Shown: positions 19,829-30,255, counted from the stretch's first letter. The stretch is DNA of 64,000 bases from Dehalococcoidia bacterium (GCA_965249275.1 CBDFLQ010000006.1:1-64000); one strand, 5' to 3'. Notes: generated by a model from the sequence alone, not told the origin. Made by a program: numbers and translations.

Positions 19829-21085
19829 ATGCGTACGGACGCAAAGCGTATCCTTCCCCTCACCGGTGTCCGCGTTCTGGACTTGACCAACGTAATAGCC
19901 GGGCCCGTAGCCACTCGGGTGCTCGCCCATCTCGGAGCGGAGATCATCAAGATTGAGCTTCCCTGGGGCCGCAGCGTCGGCAACATGGCCATCTTCACCT
20001 CCGACAAGTCGCAGGAGCGCTCCTATAACAAGAACGCCGGCTTTAACGAGGTCAACCGCGCGAAATGCAGCCTCTCCCTGGACCTCGCCGACACACGCGG
20101 TAAGGCCCTGTTCGAGGAGCTTGTTTCAATTAGCGACGTCGTCATCGAGAACTACAGCCCCCGGGTCATGCCTAATCTCGGACTAACCTACGACCACCTC
20201 CGCACCCTCCGCCCCGACCTCATAATGGTCGCCATGCCGGCCCTCGGGCGTCCCGGCCCCTGGAGCAATCACATATCCTTCGGCCCCGGCACCGAGGGTC
20301 TGGGCGGCATGTGCCACGTCACCGGCTATCAGGACGGCGCGCCTAGCAAGCCCGGCAATTTCTACAGCGACCAGACGTCCGCCTTCCACGTCGCCACCGC
20401 CATCATGGCCGCAATTTGGAAGAGACGCCGCACGGGACAGGGCAAGCAGATCGAGATGGTCCTGCGAGACGTGACTATGGCCGTGATCGGCGAGTATTTC
20501 CTCGAATATCAGCTCACGGGCCGGTCCCCGACCCGCATCGGCAACCGACACCCTTCCATGGCCCCCCACAACGTCTACCGCTGCAAGGGTGACGACGCCT
20601 GGGTCGTCATAGCCGTCACCTCCGAGGCCGAGTTCGATAGCCTCTCCGACGCCACGGGCAACGCCCAGTGGAAAACCGACGACCGCTTTTCCACCATGTC
20701 GGCCCGACTCCAAAACCAGGACACCCTCGACAGTCTTATCGAAAAATGGACGGGCGAACGCACACCCCAGGAGGCGATGCACCATCTCCAGGCCGCAGGA
20801 GTCAGGGCCGGGGCAGTCCTCAAATCAACCGGGGCCCTCGCCGACCCCCAATACCAGGCCCGCGGCTTCATCGACCATACCCACCACCCGGAGGCCGGAG
20901 ACTTCAAGCACCCCGGCGTATCCTTCAAGTCCTCCAGGCCCCTAGCCGACTTGGGACGTCGTGCTCCTCTCTTTGCAGAGCACAGCGATTGGGTCCTCGA
21001 TGACCTGCTCGGCGTCCCACCCGAGGCTGCTGAGACCCTCCACTCCGAGGGTGTCGCTCCCCTTGTCCCCGTCACCCGGCAATAG
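19829..21085 (+). CDS. CaiB/BaiF family III CoA-transferase
   Basis: VLDLTNVIAGP, VVIENYSP, APHNVYRCKGDDAWV. Confidence 0.92.
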   Translation: MRTDAKRILPLTGVRVLDLTNVIAGPVATRVLAHLGAEIIKIELPWGRSVGNMAIFTSDKSQERSYNKNAGFNEVNRAKCSLSLDLADTRGKALFEELVSISDVVIENYSPRVMPNLGLTYDHLRTLRPDLIMVAMPALGRPGPWSNHISFGPGTEGLGGMCHVTGYQDGAPSKPGNFYSDQTSAFHVATAIMAAIWKRRRTGQGKQIEMVLRDVTMAVIGEYFLEYQLTGRSPTRIGNRHPSMAPHNVYRCKGDDAWVVIAVTSEAEFDSLSDATGNAQWKTDDRFSTMSARLQNQDTLDSLIEKWTGERTPQEAMHHLQAAGVRAGAVLKSTGALADPQYQARGFIDHTHHPEAGDFKHPGVSFKSSRPLADLGRRAPLFAEHSDWVLDDLLGVPPEAAETLHSEGVAPLVPVTRQ

Positions 21086-21156
21086 CCACCAAGCCCCCTT
21101 AATGGCACAATAGATTCGCAAACGCCCTCACCTCTCCGAAACGGAGGTCAAAGCTG

Positions 21157-22287
21157 ATGTCCCTAAAAGACAAGTACTGTATCGTCGGGGCGGCAACCAC
21201 TAAGTTTGGCCGTGTCCCGGGCGTCTCCCCCCTCCAGTTCACTGTGGAGGCCGCCAAGCTCGCCATTGAGGACGCCGGCCTTGAAAAGAACGACGTAGAC
21301 GCCGTTCTCTGCAAGTACCCCCCGACTGGCTTCAAGGGCCTCTGGGCACACAAGGTCTCCCAGGCCCTCGGCATCCAGCCCGTCATAGCCGCGACCATCG
21401 ACCAGGCGGGTGCGACAAACCTCGGCCTCGTCCAGTACGCAATGATGGCCATCGAGGCGGGCCTCATCACCACCGCCGTCTGCTGTTACGGCGACAACCC
21501 CCTCTCCGGCAATCCGGGCACCTACGGTCGACCCGTCGGTACCGACGCCGCTTACGGCATGATCGGTGCCCCCGGCGGCTACGCCATGATTGCCCAACGT
21601 CACATGACCGAGTTCGGGACCACCAGCGAGCAGCTCGGCGCCGTTGCTGTTTCCACACGAGGCTGGGCCTCCAAGAACCCCAACGCCCACAAGCGAGATC
21701 CCTTGACCCTGGAAGACCACCAGGCCTCTCGTTATGTCACCTGGCCTCTCCACCTCCTGGACTGCTGTCTCGTCTCCGATGGCGGGGCTGCCGTTGTAGT
21801 CACCTCCGCCGACCGGGCCCGACACCTCCGCAAGCCTCCCGTCTATGTCATGGGCATCGGCCAGCACCACATCGCCTGGGACCTCCCCCACCGCCCCACC
21901 CTCACCACCAGCGGCGCCAAGATTTCCGGCGAAAAAGCCTTCCAAATGGCGGGCATCGGCCCCGGAGACATCGACGTCTGCGAGATATATGACTGCTTCA
22001 CTATCGTCCCCATCATCACCCTGGAAGACTACGGCTTTTGCGCCAAGGGCGAGGGCGGAGCGTTCGTCGCCGACGGCCGCACGGGCCCCGACGGTTCCCT
22101 CCCCATGAACACCGGCGGCGGTCTCCTCTCCGAAAGCGGCATGGCCGGTATGCAGCTCCTCGTCGAGGGCGTTCGGCAACTGAGAGGTGAAGGCGGCGAC
22201 CGGCAGGTCAAGGGCGCCGAGACAGCTCTCGTTAGCGGACAGGGCGGAATCATGCACACCCACGCAACGGCAGTCCTGCGGAGATAG
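21157..22287 (+). CDS. Thiolase family protein (SCP2/lipid-transfer type)
   Basis: DCCLVSDGG, IYDCFT, NTGGGLLS; adjacent to a DUF35 gene. Confidence 0.9.
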   Translation: MSLKDKYCIVGAATTKFGRVPGVSPLQFTVEAAKLAIEDAGLEKNDVDAVLCKYPPTGFKGLWAHKVSQALGIQPVIAATIDQAGATNLGLVQYAMMAIEAGLITTAVCCYGDNPLSGNPGTYGRPVGTDAAYGMIGAPGGYAMIAQRHMTEFGTTSEQLGAVAVSTRGWASKNPNAHKRDPLTLEDHQASRYVTWPLHLLDCCLVSDGGAAVVVTSADRARHLRKPPVYVMGIGQHHIAWDLPHRPTLTTSGAKISGEKAFQMAGIGPGDIDVCEIYDCFTIVPIITLEDYGFCAKGEGGAFVADGRTGPDGSLPMNTGGGLLSESGMAGMQLLVEGVRQLRGEGGDRQVKGAETALVSGQGGIMHTHATAVLRR

Positions 22288-22290
22288 CAC

Positions 22291-22701
22291 ATGACCACCG
22301 ACTACGCCAAACCCCTGCCCGAAATCACCGCGGACAACCAACCCTTCTGGGAGGGCTGCAAGCAACACAAGCTCCTTCTCCAACGCTGTTCTCAGTGCAG
22401 CCACCTCAGGGACACCGCACCCATTTGCCCAGAGTGCTGGTCTGCCGACCACGATTGGGTCGAGGCCTCTGGGCGCGGTACCGTTTACTCCTGGATAGTC
22501 GTGCATCAGCGCTATAGCAGAGCCTTCGAAGACGACCTGCCCTACAACGTCACCATCGTCGAGCTTGAAGAAGGCCCCAGATTGCTCACCAACCTGGTAG
22601 AGATTGACAACTACGACATCCGCCCGGGCCTCTCCGTAGAGGTCGTATGGGACGACGTGACTGAAGAAATCACCCTCCCCAAATTCCGCCCCCGCCCCTA
22701 G
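22291..22701 (+). CDS. Zn-ribbon/OB-fold protein (DUF35), thiolase partner
   Basis: PFWEG, CSQC..CPEC, GRGTVYSW, VELEEGPRL. Confidence 0.92.
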   Translation: MTTDYAKPLPEITADNQPFWEGCKQHKLLLQRCSQCSHLRDTAPICPECWSADHDWVEASGRGTVYSWIVVHQRYSRAFEDDLPYNVTIVELEEGPRLLTNLVEIDNYDIRPGLSVEVVWDDVTEEITLPKFRPRP

Positions 22702-22728
22702 CCCCCACCCCCCGCAAGGAGCCCCGAC

Positions 22729-23502
22729 ATGGCCCTGATATATGAAAAGAAGGGCAAAATCGCCTATATCACCCTGAACCGACCCGAGGTCATGAACGCC
22801 ATGGACCCCGAGATGTACCAGGCGCTTTCCGAGGCTTGGGTCGACGTCCGGGATGACCCCGATATCTGGTGCGCAATCATCACCGGCGCCGGAGACCGGG
22901 CCTTCACCGCCGGGGCAGACCTCAAGAAGACCATCCCCCGTGAACAGGAAAAGTGGCGCTTCTGGCAGACCCAGGACGAACAGATTCTCAACCGTGGCCT
23001 CGAGGTCTGGAAACCTGTTATAGCCGCCGTCAACGGCTACTGCCTCGCTGGCGGCATGACCCTCCTCCTAGCCACCGACCTCCGGGTTGCTGCCGACCAC
23101 GCCCAGTTCGGCCTCTCCGAGGTCAAACGCGGCATCCTGCCCGGCAACGGAGGCACCCAGCGCACCCTTCGCCAGCTCCCCTACCCCGTCGCCATGTGGC
23201 TCCTCCTCTCCGGCGAACACCTCACCGCCCAGGAGGCCTACCAGTACGGCCTCGTTAACAAGGTGGTCCCTCTGTCGGGGCTGATGGAGGAGGCGGAGCG
23301 AATGGCCGACGTGGTCTGCAAGAACGGCCCCCTCGCCGTCAGAGCCATCAAGGAACTCGCCGTCCGGTCACAATATATGCCCCTTGATCACGGCCTCCGG
23401 ATGGAAGAGGCCATACAACAGGTTCTCATGACCACCGAGGATGCCAAGGAAGGCCCTCGGGCCTTCGCAGAGAAACGTCCCGCCGACTTCAAAGGCCGCT
23501 GA
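22729..23502 (+). CDS. Enoyl-CoA hydratase/isomerase
   Basis: ITLNRPEVMNA, AFTAGADL, AVNGYCLAGG, EGPRAFAEKR. Confidence 0.93.
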   Translation: MALIYEKKGKIAYITLNRPEVMNAMDPEMYQALSEAWVDVRDDPDIWCAIITGAGDRAFTAGADLKKTIPREQEKWRFWQTQDEQILNRGLEVWKPVIAAVNGYCLAGGMTLLLATDLRVAADHAQFGLSEVKRGILPGNGGTQRTLRQLPYPVAMWLLLSGEHLTAQEAYQYGLVNKVVPLSGLMEEAERMADVVCKNGPLAVRAIKELAVRSQYMPLDHGLRMEEAIQQVLMTTEDAKEGPRAFAEKRPADFKGR

Positions 23503-23530
23503 CACCCGCACCCCTCCCAGGAGAGCCGAC

Positions 23531-24712
23531 ATGTCCGACTCCACGGAACGCTACCAACTCCCCGAACAGCTCAGGATGGCCGCGGGCGCCGTCCGGGACT
23601 ATGTCAGGAACGAGATCGTCCCCCTTGAGCAGCAGATCCCCCACGACTCAATACATCTACCCAAAGATGAATATGACCGGCTGGTCCCCGTTGCCAAAGA
23701 CATGGGCATGTGGTGCACCGGGGTCCCCACCGAGTTCGGAGGTGGGGGCCTTTCGCTCTTCTCCCAGGTCGTCATCGACGAGGAGATGGTCCAGCACGCC
23801 GCCGGTCTCTACTGCCCCGTATATGGCACTATGGGCGAGCCCCCACCCGAGATTATCTTCGCCGGCAACGACTACCTGCGCGACACCTACGGCATCCCGA
23901 CCGTCCAGGGCCAGCGCAAGGCGTGGTTCGCAATCACCGAGCCCAGCGGCGGCTCAGACCCCGCCCGTGCCATCCAGACCCGAGCCGTCCGCGACGGCGA
24001 CGATTGGGTAATCAACGGCAGCAAGGTTTTTATATCAGGAGCGCTCTGGGGCGACTGGGGTGTCGTCTTCGCCCGCACCAACCCAGAGACCCGACGCGGC
24101 GTCACTGCCTTCGTCGTCGAAAACTCGTGGCCCGGCTTCGATTTGACTCCGATACCCGTCATCCGCGCCTACACCCCGGCACAGCTCTTCTTCCAGGACT
24201 TGCGCGTTCCCGCCCGAAACGTCCTGGGCGAGGTGGACGGGGGTTGGGATATCCTCGCCAACCAGCTGCTTGCCCGGGGCCGCATACCATACTCGGCGGC
24301 AAATCTTGGCGTCTCGGTTGCCGCTCACAGAATGGCCGTCGCATACTCCAAGACCCGCGAGACCTTTGGCGCACCCCTCTCCACCCGACAGGCCATCCAA
24401 TGGATGCTCGTCGACTCCGAAGTCGAAATCCGCACCTGCCGATGGCTCACCTGGGAAGCCGCCTGGAAATACGACGCCGGAGAGGATTTCCGCCAAGAAG
24501 CGTCAATCGCCAAGCTCCATTCCGCAGAGGTGCTGGCCCGGGTCGTCGACCGCTCCCTCCAGATCCACGGCGGTTATGGTGTGACCCAGGAAATGCCCTT
24601 CGAACGCTGGTATCGCGAAGCAAGAGTCCGGCGCATAGGCGAAGGAGCGCAGGAAGTCAACAAAATGCTCATCGCCCGTGAAATCCTAAACCCGGGCGGC
24701 GGTCGCAGGTAA
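23531..24712 (+). CDS. Acyl-CoA dehydrogenase
   Basis: FAITEPSGGSD, INGSKVFIS, RETFGAPL, QIHGGYG, RIGEGAQE; AGGAG RBS. Confidence 0.93.
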   Translation: MSDSTERYQLPEQLRMAAGAVRDYVRNEIVPLEQQIPHDSIHLPKDEYDRLVPVAKDMGMWCTGVPTEFGGGGLSLFSQVVIDEEMVQHAAGLYCPVYGTMGEPPPEIIFAGNDYLRDTYGIPTVQGQRKAWFAITEPSGGSDPARAIQTRAVRDGDDWVINGSKVFISGALWGDWGVVFARTNPETRRGVTAFVVENSWPGFDLTPIPVIRAYTPAQLFFQDLRVPARNVLGEVDGGWDILANQLLARGRIPYSAANLGVSVAAHRMAVAYSKTRETFGAPLSTRQAIQWMLVDSEVEIRTCRWLTWEAAWKYDAGEDFRQEASIAKLHSAEVLARVVDRSLQIHGGYGVTQEMPFERWYREARVRRIGEGAQEVNKMLIAREILNPGGGRR

Positions 24713-24813
24713 ATTCTGTATGTTATCGACCAATTGTAACTGCCTGTTGTTGCATCTTTACATCGGTTTTCCTTCATTTGTGCGTGAATGCCCACCATTG
24801 AAAGCATGAGACT

Positions 24814-25857
24814 ATGAGGATAATTCTCGCTATTTTCATTATGGTTATGGCCGTCGGGGCAGCGTGTAATGACGCAGAGGAGCCAGAGGTTGAACCGAGT
24901 CTGGCCGCCGACCAGCTCAAAGCCATTATCCAGAGAATCGAAGCCCTAGAAAGCGCCGCAGCGATTCCGAGTCCGGAACCGATCCAGACGGCCACGAGAA
25001 CCCCTCCACCGACTCCGGTTGCGACAGCGACAACCCCTCCGATCATGGCTCCGACCGCGACAGCCCTTCCCACTCCTGCTCCAACTGCGACACTGTCGTC
25101 AACACCGATACCGGTGGGTCGGCAGGACATTTGCTACCGGAGCTTACCTGTCCAGGAAGCGCTGATAAACAAATTTTCGAACACCTACCTGTGTGCGGCC
25201 ATTCAAGTCGCGGAGCTATTTCGCGTTACGGAGCTTAATATCGAAGCAGAGGGCTATCCTCTGAAAAGGACCGACTTTGCCGACATGCCCAACCTCAAAA
25301 GGCTTGATGTGGATACAGACCTGGGCGGCTGGACGCCGGACGCATTCCACGACCTATCCGGATTGGTGCATCTTCGGCTGAACTTCGACGTGTTTGACTC
25401 TAGCCTAACGGCCTTGCCTGAAGATTCTTTTAGTGGCTTGCCATCAGGATTGATGCAATTGGAGTTCACAATAAGCCCGCGTCACTCCGATTGGGACGAA
25501 AAGCAAGCGATAGAATTTCCATCCGACTTGTTTGCTTCAGTTCCTCACCTTAAACATCTGGTCATCTATCTCAACAACAATGGACGCGGCGCGCACTTGG
25601 AGCTTGATCCCCAAGCCTTATCTGGCCTAAGTCAACTGGAATCCCTCTACCTTCGCGGGCCATTTGCTGCAATTCCGCGTGAAACGTTTGCCGACTTAGC
25701 GTCGCTAGACGATCTGCGATTGGAGTACTCTATCAGCCGCGACCCCCACGTCCTCTACTTTCCAACACTAGAGATGGTATTGAAGTTTAGCGAGTATTGC
25801 AGCAGGAATTCAGATATCTGCGTAGTTGCAGGGCTATTAAACAGTGCAGAAGGGTAA
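24814..25857 (+). CDS. Leucine-rich-repeat lipoprotein with Pro/Thr-rich linker
   Basis: Signal ending GAAC; PTPVATATTP linker; LRR-like LPEDSFSGL, LFASVPHLKHL, LSGLSQLESLYL; lower GC than neighbours. Confidence 0.8.
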   Translation: MRIILAIFIMVMAVGAACNDAEEPEVEPSLAADQLKAIIQRIEALESAAAIPSPEPIQTATRTPPPTPVATATTPPIMAPTATALPTPAPTATLSSTPIPVGRQDICYRSLPVQEALINKFSNTYLCAAIQVAELFRVTELNIEAEGYPLKRTDFADMPNLKRLDVDTDLGGWTPDAFHDLSGLVHLRLNFDVFDSSLTALPEDSFSGLPSGLMQLEFTISPRHSDWDEKQAIEFPSDLFASVPHLKHLVIYLNNNGRGAHLELDPQALSGLSQLESLYLRGPFAAIPRETFADLASLDDLRLEYSISRDPHVLYFPTLEMVLKFSEYCSRNSDICVVAGLLNSAEG

Positions 25858-25935
25858 ATTACACCCTTCTAAGCACCAAATCCTTTGCAGCGCACTGAGA
25901 TGTGGCTAATTGAAGTTTCAGACTAAGGTTGTTGA

Positions 25936-27096
25936 CTAAAACTCGCCCGTCGGCTCCATGCCCAGGAAGAACTGGCCTGCCTTCTCGTAGTGCTCCATCC
26001 GACCTTGGATCTGCTGAGTAATCACGTGGGCATCCTGGAACCGACGCTGTATCGGATTGTGTTCAAAGATCGCATCCGACCCGCACAGGTTGTACGCCAT
26101 GTCCGCCACCTGCGCCCCCGTCCGAATCGCATGCGTGCTCGCTAATCGTATCTTTATGCGTTCTTCCAAAGTTAGCGCCCCCGACTTGCAGACCGACTCC
26201 CATGCCCCCTCCGCAGCCTCAAACAAAAACGCTCTCGCCGACCGCCATGTCGCCTCCGCCTGGCCTAAAGCCCGTTGGAACGTCGCCTTCTCCCTGAGCA
26301 GCGCGCCCTCGCGCTCCGGCCTCTTTGTACACCCCAGCTCGATGGCTGCGTCCAGCGCTGCCCTCGCCACCCCCAGCGCCACGCACCCGAAACCCGAGCA
26401 AAAGATCAGTGTCATCGGCATCGCGTACAGCGGTCCATCATCCCAGGGCGGCGCGCCCCAGTCGAATGTGTAGGATTCCGGCACGAAGAGGTCTTCTATT
26501 TCGAAGTTGAAGCTTCCCGTGCCCCGGAGCCCGTTCACGTCCCACACGTCGACCAGCTTCACTTCCTCTTTGCGCATGACGAGCAAAAGGTCGTCCCCGC
26601 TCCGGGACCCCATCCTCGCCCCGATCTTGTTCTTCGGGACCAGGGCAATCATCCAGTTGGCGTGATGACACCCGCTGCTGAACCGCCAGCTGCCCGTGAG
26701 ACGGTAGCCACCTTCGACGGGTGTCGCCTCAGTGCTCATCGGCGGACCATTGGCCAGAACGGCCCGCTCGTCGCTCCAGATTTCCCGGGCCGTAGACTCC
26801 GGGATCTTGACCGACTGCAAGGGGAGCACCGAGTTTTGGTTAACACACCACCCCGTCGAGCCGTCTGCCTCGGCAAAGGCCTGTACCACGTTCAGGTAGT
26901 CCGGATATTCCATCTCGTATCCGCCGAGAGACCGGGGCACGAGCATTCGAAAGAACCCGCCGTCGGTGATCGCCTCCGCCACCTCCTTGGAAAGCTCTCG
27001 ATTGAGATCGCCTTCCCCAGCCGTCTTCCTGATCAACGGCCCGAGATCCCGCGCCGCCTCCAGGAATGACCCGACTTTGCCGCGCGCTACTGCCAT
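25936..27096 (-). CDS. Flavin-dependent monooxygenase, acyl-CoA-dehydrogenase fold (HsaA-like)
   Basis: ADGSTGW, GSWRFSSGCHHANW, WDVNGLRGTGS, QRRFQDAH. Confidence 0.88.
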   Translation of the reverse strand: MAVARGKVGSFLEAARDLGPLIRKTAGEGDLNRELSKEVAEAITDGGFFRMLVPRSLGGYEMEYPDYLNVVQAFAEADGSTGWCVNQNSVLPLQSVKIPESTAREIWSDERAVLANGPPMSTEATPVEGGYRLTGSWRFSSGCHHANWMIALVPKNKIGARMGSRSGDDLLLVMRKEEVKLVDVWDVNGLRGTGSFNFEIEDLFVPESYTFDWGAPPWDDGPLYAMPMTLIFCSGFGCVALGVARAALDAAIELGCTKRPEREGALLREKATFQRALGQAEATWRSARAFLFEAAEGAWESVCKSGALTLEERIKIRLASTHAIRTGAQVADMAYNLCGSDAIFEHNPIQRRFQDAHVITQQIQGRMEHYEKAGQFFLGMEPTGEF

Positions 27097-27165
27097 CTCT
27101 ACTCTTCCCTCATAGGTAGCCGTCTCGGCGATTTCAGCATTCGTATGTACCTCGAAACGCCGGTC

Positions 27166-28017
27166 TTATATCTGGCTGTACCCCGACCCCGGCTTGGTAA
27201 CTCCCACGCCCTGCCCCTCTCCCATCATCCCGTATTCCTTCAATATCTCCTGGGTGTAGGTAACCCTGCCCGTTATCTTTTCCTGGGGCTCGGTGGCAAG
27301 GAGTAGCGTGGCCTTTGCCATCAGATCAGGGTGCTCTCCCTTCGGGTCATCCATGCTCGACACTAGCTTGTGGTAGAGAGTGCCGGGGGTCGGCACCACC
27401 ACCGACGGCGAAAGGCACGTCACCGACACCCCGTACTCGAATACCTCCAGCGCCAGCCCTTGCGTGAACCGCTCCAAAGCCGCCTTCTCTGCCCCGTAGG
27501 TAGTGTCCCCTATATTTTCCTTTGACTCATCGTTATACGGCCCTCGACCGGGCCCTATGGCTGAACTCGACGATATGTTCACGATGCTGCCGCCCTTGGC
27601 CTCGATCATGTCGGGCAGGACCAGTTGACTCAGCAGAAAAGGTGCGTGCACGTTCACCGACCACGTCCGCAGCCACCGGTTCAGGGGATAATCTTTGATC
27701 GGAATAAAGTAGGTCAGGGCAGCGTTGTTGACCAGCACGTCGGCGGGGCCATAGGCCGCTTTGGTCTCTTCGACCAGCCGTTCGCAGTCCTCTGGCAGAG
27801 AGATGTTCGCCGCAATTGCCGTCGCCTCTCCCCCCGACTCCCGGATCTGGGCGCACGTCAACTCTAGCGAGCCTTCGAGGATGTGGTCTCCCTCTTTGAG
27901 GGTTCGCGCCACACACACTAGCTGTGCCCCCTCCTTCGCAAACAGTCGGCTGATCTCCGCCCCGATCCCCCTGCTCGCACCCGTAACTATCGCAACTTTA
28001 CCGTCCAGTTTACCCAT
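27166..28017 (-). CDS. Short-chain dehydrogenase/reductase
   Basis: TGASRGIG, VNNAA, YGAEK. Confidence 0.92.
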   Translation of the reverse strand: MGKLDGKVAIVTGASRGIGAEISRLFAKEGAQLVCVARTLKEGDHILEGSLELTCAQIRESGGEATAIAANISLPEDCERLVEETKAAYGPADVLVNNAALTYFIPIKDYPLNRWLRTWSVNVHAPFLLSQLVLPDMIEAKGGSIVNISSSSAIGPGRGPYNDESKENIGDTTYGAEKAALERFTQGLALEVFEYGVSVTCLSPSVVVPTPGTLYHKLVSSMDDPKGEHPDLMAKATLLLATEPQEKITGRVTYTQEILKEYGMMGEGQGVGVTKPGSGYSQI

Positions 28018-28127
28018 TGCTTACTCCTGTACCCGAGGCTTCCATTTCCCACCTCGCGGCTCGGCCCATATTATCATGTATTTCCCCACTCATACCCTCC
28101 CAGAGTGAGTTAAGGGGGAGTCCGGTA

Positions 28128-28160
28128 CCCTCTACCTCGATGAGAGAGGGCTAGGGTGAG
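28128..28160 (+). repeat. CCCTCT..AGAGGG REP-like palindrome (family 4)
   Basis: CCCTCTACCTCGATGAGAGAGGGCTAGGGTGAG; relative at 57448. Confidence 0.55.
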
Positions 28161-28277
28161 ACCTCCCTCCGTTCGCTCACCTCAGCCTAGCATTAGAGGT
28201 AAGCCCCCTATCGATAAACCCCCTACACATAGAGTAATATGCCCACACCTCAAGTCTCATCAATGCGGGAGAAGAAC

Positions 28278-29150
28278 ATGGCAACCTACGACTACAAGAC
28301 CGGCCTTCAAGAAATCGGCGACGGCGTCTTTGCTTACATCCGGGAGGGCATCGGCTGGGACATCTGTAACTCCGGCCTCATAGTCGGCGACGAGGAATGC
28401 CTTGTAGTCGACGCCATGATGGTCGGCAGCATGGTCAGGACTTTCCTCGAAGATGTCCGCAAGGTCACCGACAAGCCCGTCCGCTACGTAGTCGACACTC
28501 ATCACCATGCCGACCACGCCTTCGGCAACCAGTTCTACCGCCCGGAGGCCAACGTCATCGGCCACGAGGGTTGCCGCGACTCCCTTATGCGCCGGGGCGC
28601 CGACCCCGACGTCCTCACCAAACGCTGGCCCCAGTACGAAGACGACTGGCGTCAGTTGGAGTTGACTCCTCCAAACGTCACCTATGAAGGCAATATGACC
28701 GTTCACCTCGGCAACCGCTCCGTGGAGCTCATCCACCCCGGCCCTGCCCACACATTCGGCGACACACTCATATACCTGCCCGATGAAAAGATCCTCTTCA
28801 CGGGAGACGTGGCCTTTCAATACCTCGTCCCACTCGCCGCCGACGGTCACGTATCCAACTGGATCAAGGTTACGAAACGACTCCGCAACGACATGGATAT
28901 CGAAACCATGGTCACGGGGCACGGGCCGGTGGCCAAGAAGGAGGCCATCGGCTGGACTCACCGCTATTTCAGGGCCCTGAAGAAGCACTGCAAAGAGTAT
29001 TTCCGACTGGGCAAGAGCCCCGATGATGCCGCCGCCGACTTCTCTCTGGGCGAGCTCGAAGGCTGGCAAGAGCCGGAAAGATCGTACATCAACGCCCGGC
29101 GTATGTTCCTGGAAATGCGGGGAGGCTCCTTCGAGGAGCGCACCGGGTGA
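28278..29150 (+). CDS. Metallo-beta-lactamase-fold hydrolase (cyclase-like)
   Basis: THHHADHAFGN, AHTFGD, FTGD, TGHG. Confidence 0.92.
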   Translation: MATYDYKTGLQEIGDGVFAYIREGIGWDICNSGLIVGDEECLVVDAMMVGSMVRTFLEDVRKVTDKPVRYVVDTHHHADHAFGNQFYRPEANVIGHEGCRDSLMRRGADPDVLTKRWPQYEDDWRQLELTPPNVTYEGNMTVHLGNRSVELIHPGPAHTFGDTLIYLPDEKILFTGDVAFQYLVPLAADGHVSNWIKVTKRLRNDMDIETMVTGHGPVAKKEAIGWTHRYFRALKKHCKEYFRLGKSPDDAAADFSLGELEGWQEPERSYINARRMFLEMRGGSFEERTG

Positions 29151-30091
29151 CCCAGGTCAAGGCCCCATTCTTCCGCGCCCGAAGGCTCGGGCACGCCAAC
29201 CTTTTCGTCACCGACGTCGAAAGGTCTCTCGACTTCTACAACCGTGTCGTCGGCATCGAGGAGGTTTACCGCAAGGCCGCACCGACTGACCTTCAGGGGC
29301 CCGCGGTCGGGGGCTTCCTCAGCAACGGGAACACCCACCACGATATCGCCGTATTCCGGCACCCCTCCGCCCCCACCCTCAATCACCTGGCCTTCGAGCT
29401 TGAGTGTGAGGCCGACCTGATCGAAGGTTACCGCGCTGCCGCTGACGCCGGTACAACCTTTCGCGTCTCGGACCACGACATCACCCGCAGCCTTTATACC
29501 CGTGACCCCGATGGCAACGGCATCGAAATCTACTCCGATTCCACGAAGGAGTGGCGGAAAATCCGCGGGGACGGGCGCACTGTCCGCTACGGGGAAGCTC
29601 CCTGGACCCCCGGCGACCCATCCCGCTTCACCTCAGTTGACTCCCGAAACTACCACGAAGATCCGGAGCTACGCCGCGTCGACCAAGCGGTCTTCCATCC
29701 GAAACGCATAACCCACGCCGTCCTGAATGTCGGTGATATGGAAGCGTCCTTGGCTTTCTATACCGGCATCCTGGGACTCCAAGTCCACCGAGGCAGCCCC
29801 GCCGACGGCTATGTGGTGCTCGGCGGAACGACCGACGGGGAACACATCATCCTCATCCCCGCCCCCGACTCAGAAGCCGCGGGCCTCCACCACGCCGGCT
29901 TCGAAATGTGGAGCAACGCCGACTTGAACCAAAGCAAGTTCAGCCTTCAAGATACCGGCTTGACCCTTGCAGAGGAAATAAACACAGACGCCCGCCGTTC
30001 CCTCTTCATCCGGGACCCGGACGGCTTCCTCCTCGAGTTCTACACAGAGTTGCAGCCCAACACCCCCTGCCCCTTCGCTGGCCCCAAATAG
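29147..30091 (+). CDS. VOC family protein, catechol 2,3-dioxygenase-like (two domains)
   Basis: LGHANL, THHDIA, LNHLAF, RDPDGNGIEIY, RDPDGFLLEF; GTGA overlap with the upstream gene. Confidence 0.85.
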   Translation: MTQVKAPFFRARRLGHANLFVTDVERSLDFYNRVVGIEEVYRKAAPTDLQGPAVGGFLSNGNTHHDIAVFRHPSAPTLNHLAFELECEADLIEGYRAAADAGTTFRVSDHDITRSLYTRDPDGNGIEIYSDSTKEWRKIRGDGRTVRYGEAPWTPGDPSRFTSVDSRNYHEDPELRRVDQAVFHPKRITHAVLNVGDMEASLAFYTGILGLQVHRGSPADGYVVLGGTTDGEHIILIPAPDSEAAGLHHAGFEMWSNADLNQSKFSLQDTGLTLAEEINTDARRSLFIRDPDGFLLEFYTELQPNTPCPFAGPK

Positions 30092-30104
30092 GCCCCTCTT
30101 TATA

Positions 30105-30245
30105 CCATCCCGAGGCCCCGCGAGGGACCTAAAGCGCCTATCCAATATTCTCGTGCCGACAATACAGTGCTGCCATTTTCATTAAAAGACAAGTCGACCA
30201 TTTGGACCCGAATCGCCGCCCGCTGATCCTGAGCATATCGAAGGG
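30105..30245 (+). repeat. Family 1 repeat (30105-30132) and family 2 repeat (30220-30245) between convergent genes
   Basis: CCATCCCGAGGCCCCGCGAGGGACCT and CCGCTGATCCTGAGCATATCGAAGGG. Confidence 0.65.
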
Positions 30246-30255
30246 CTAGTCGGGT

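Noticed and set aside
21163-22506. Long antisense and alternative-frame ORFs (this 447-aa ORF, 56210-57286, 40882-41823, 23710-24681 and others)
   Set aside because: They are shadows of well-supported genes in GC-rich DNA, with no motifs or RBS.
30150-30195. CGTGCCGACA..ATTAAAAGAC similarity with 54004-54032
   Set aside because: Short, gapped and only two instances; could be chance.
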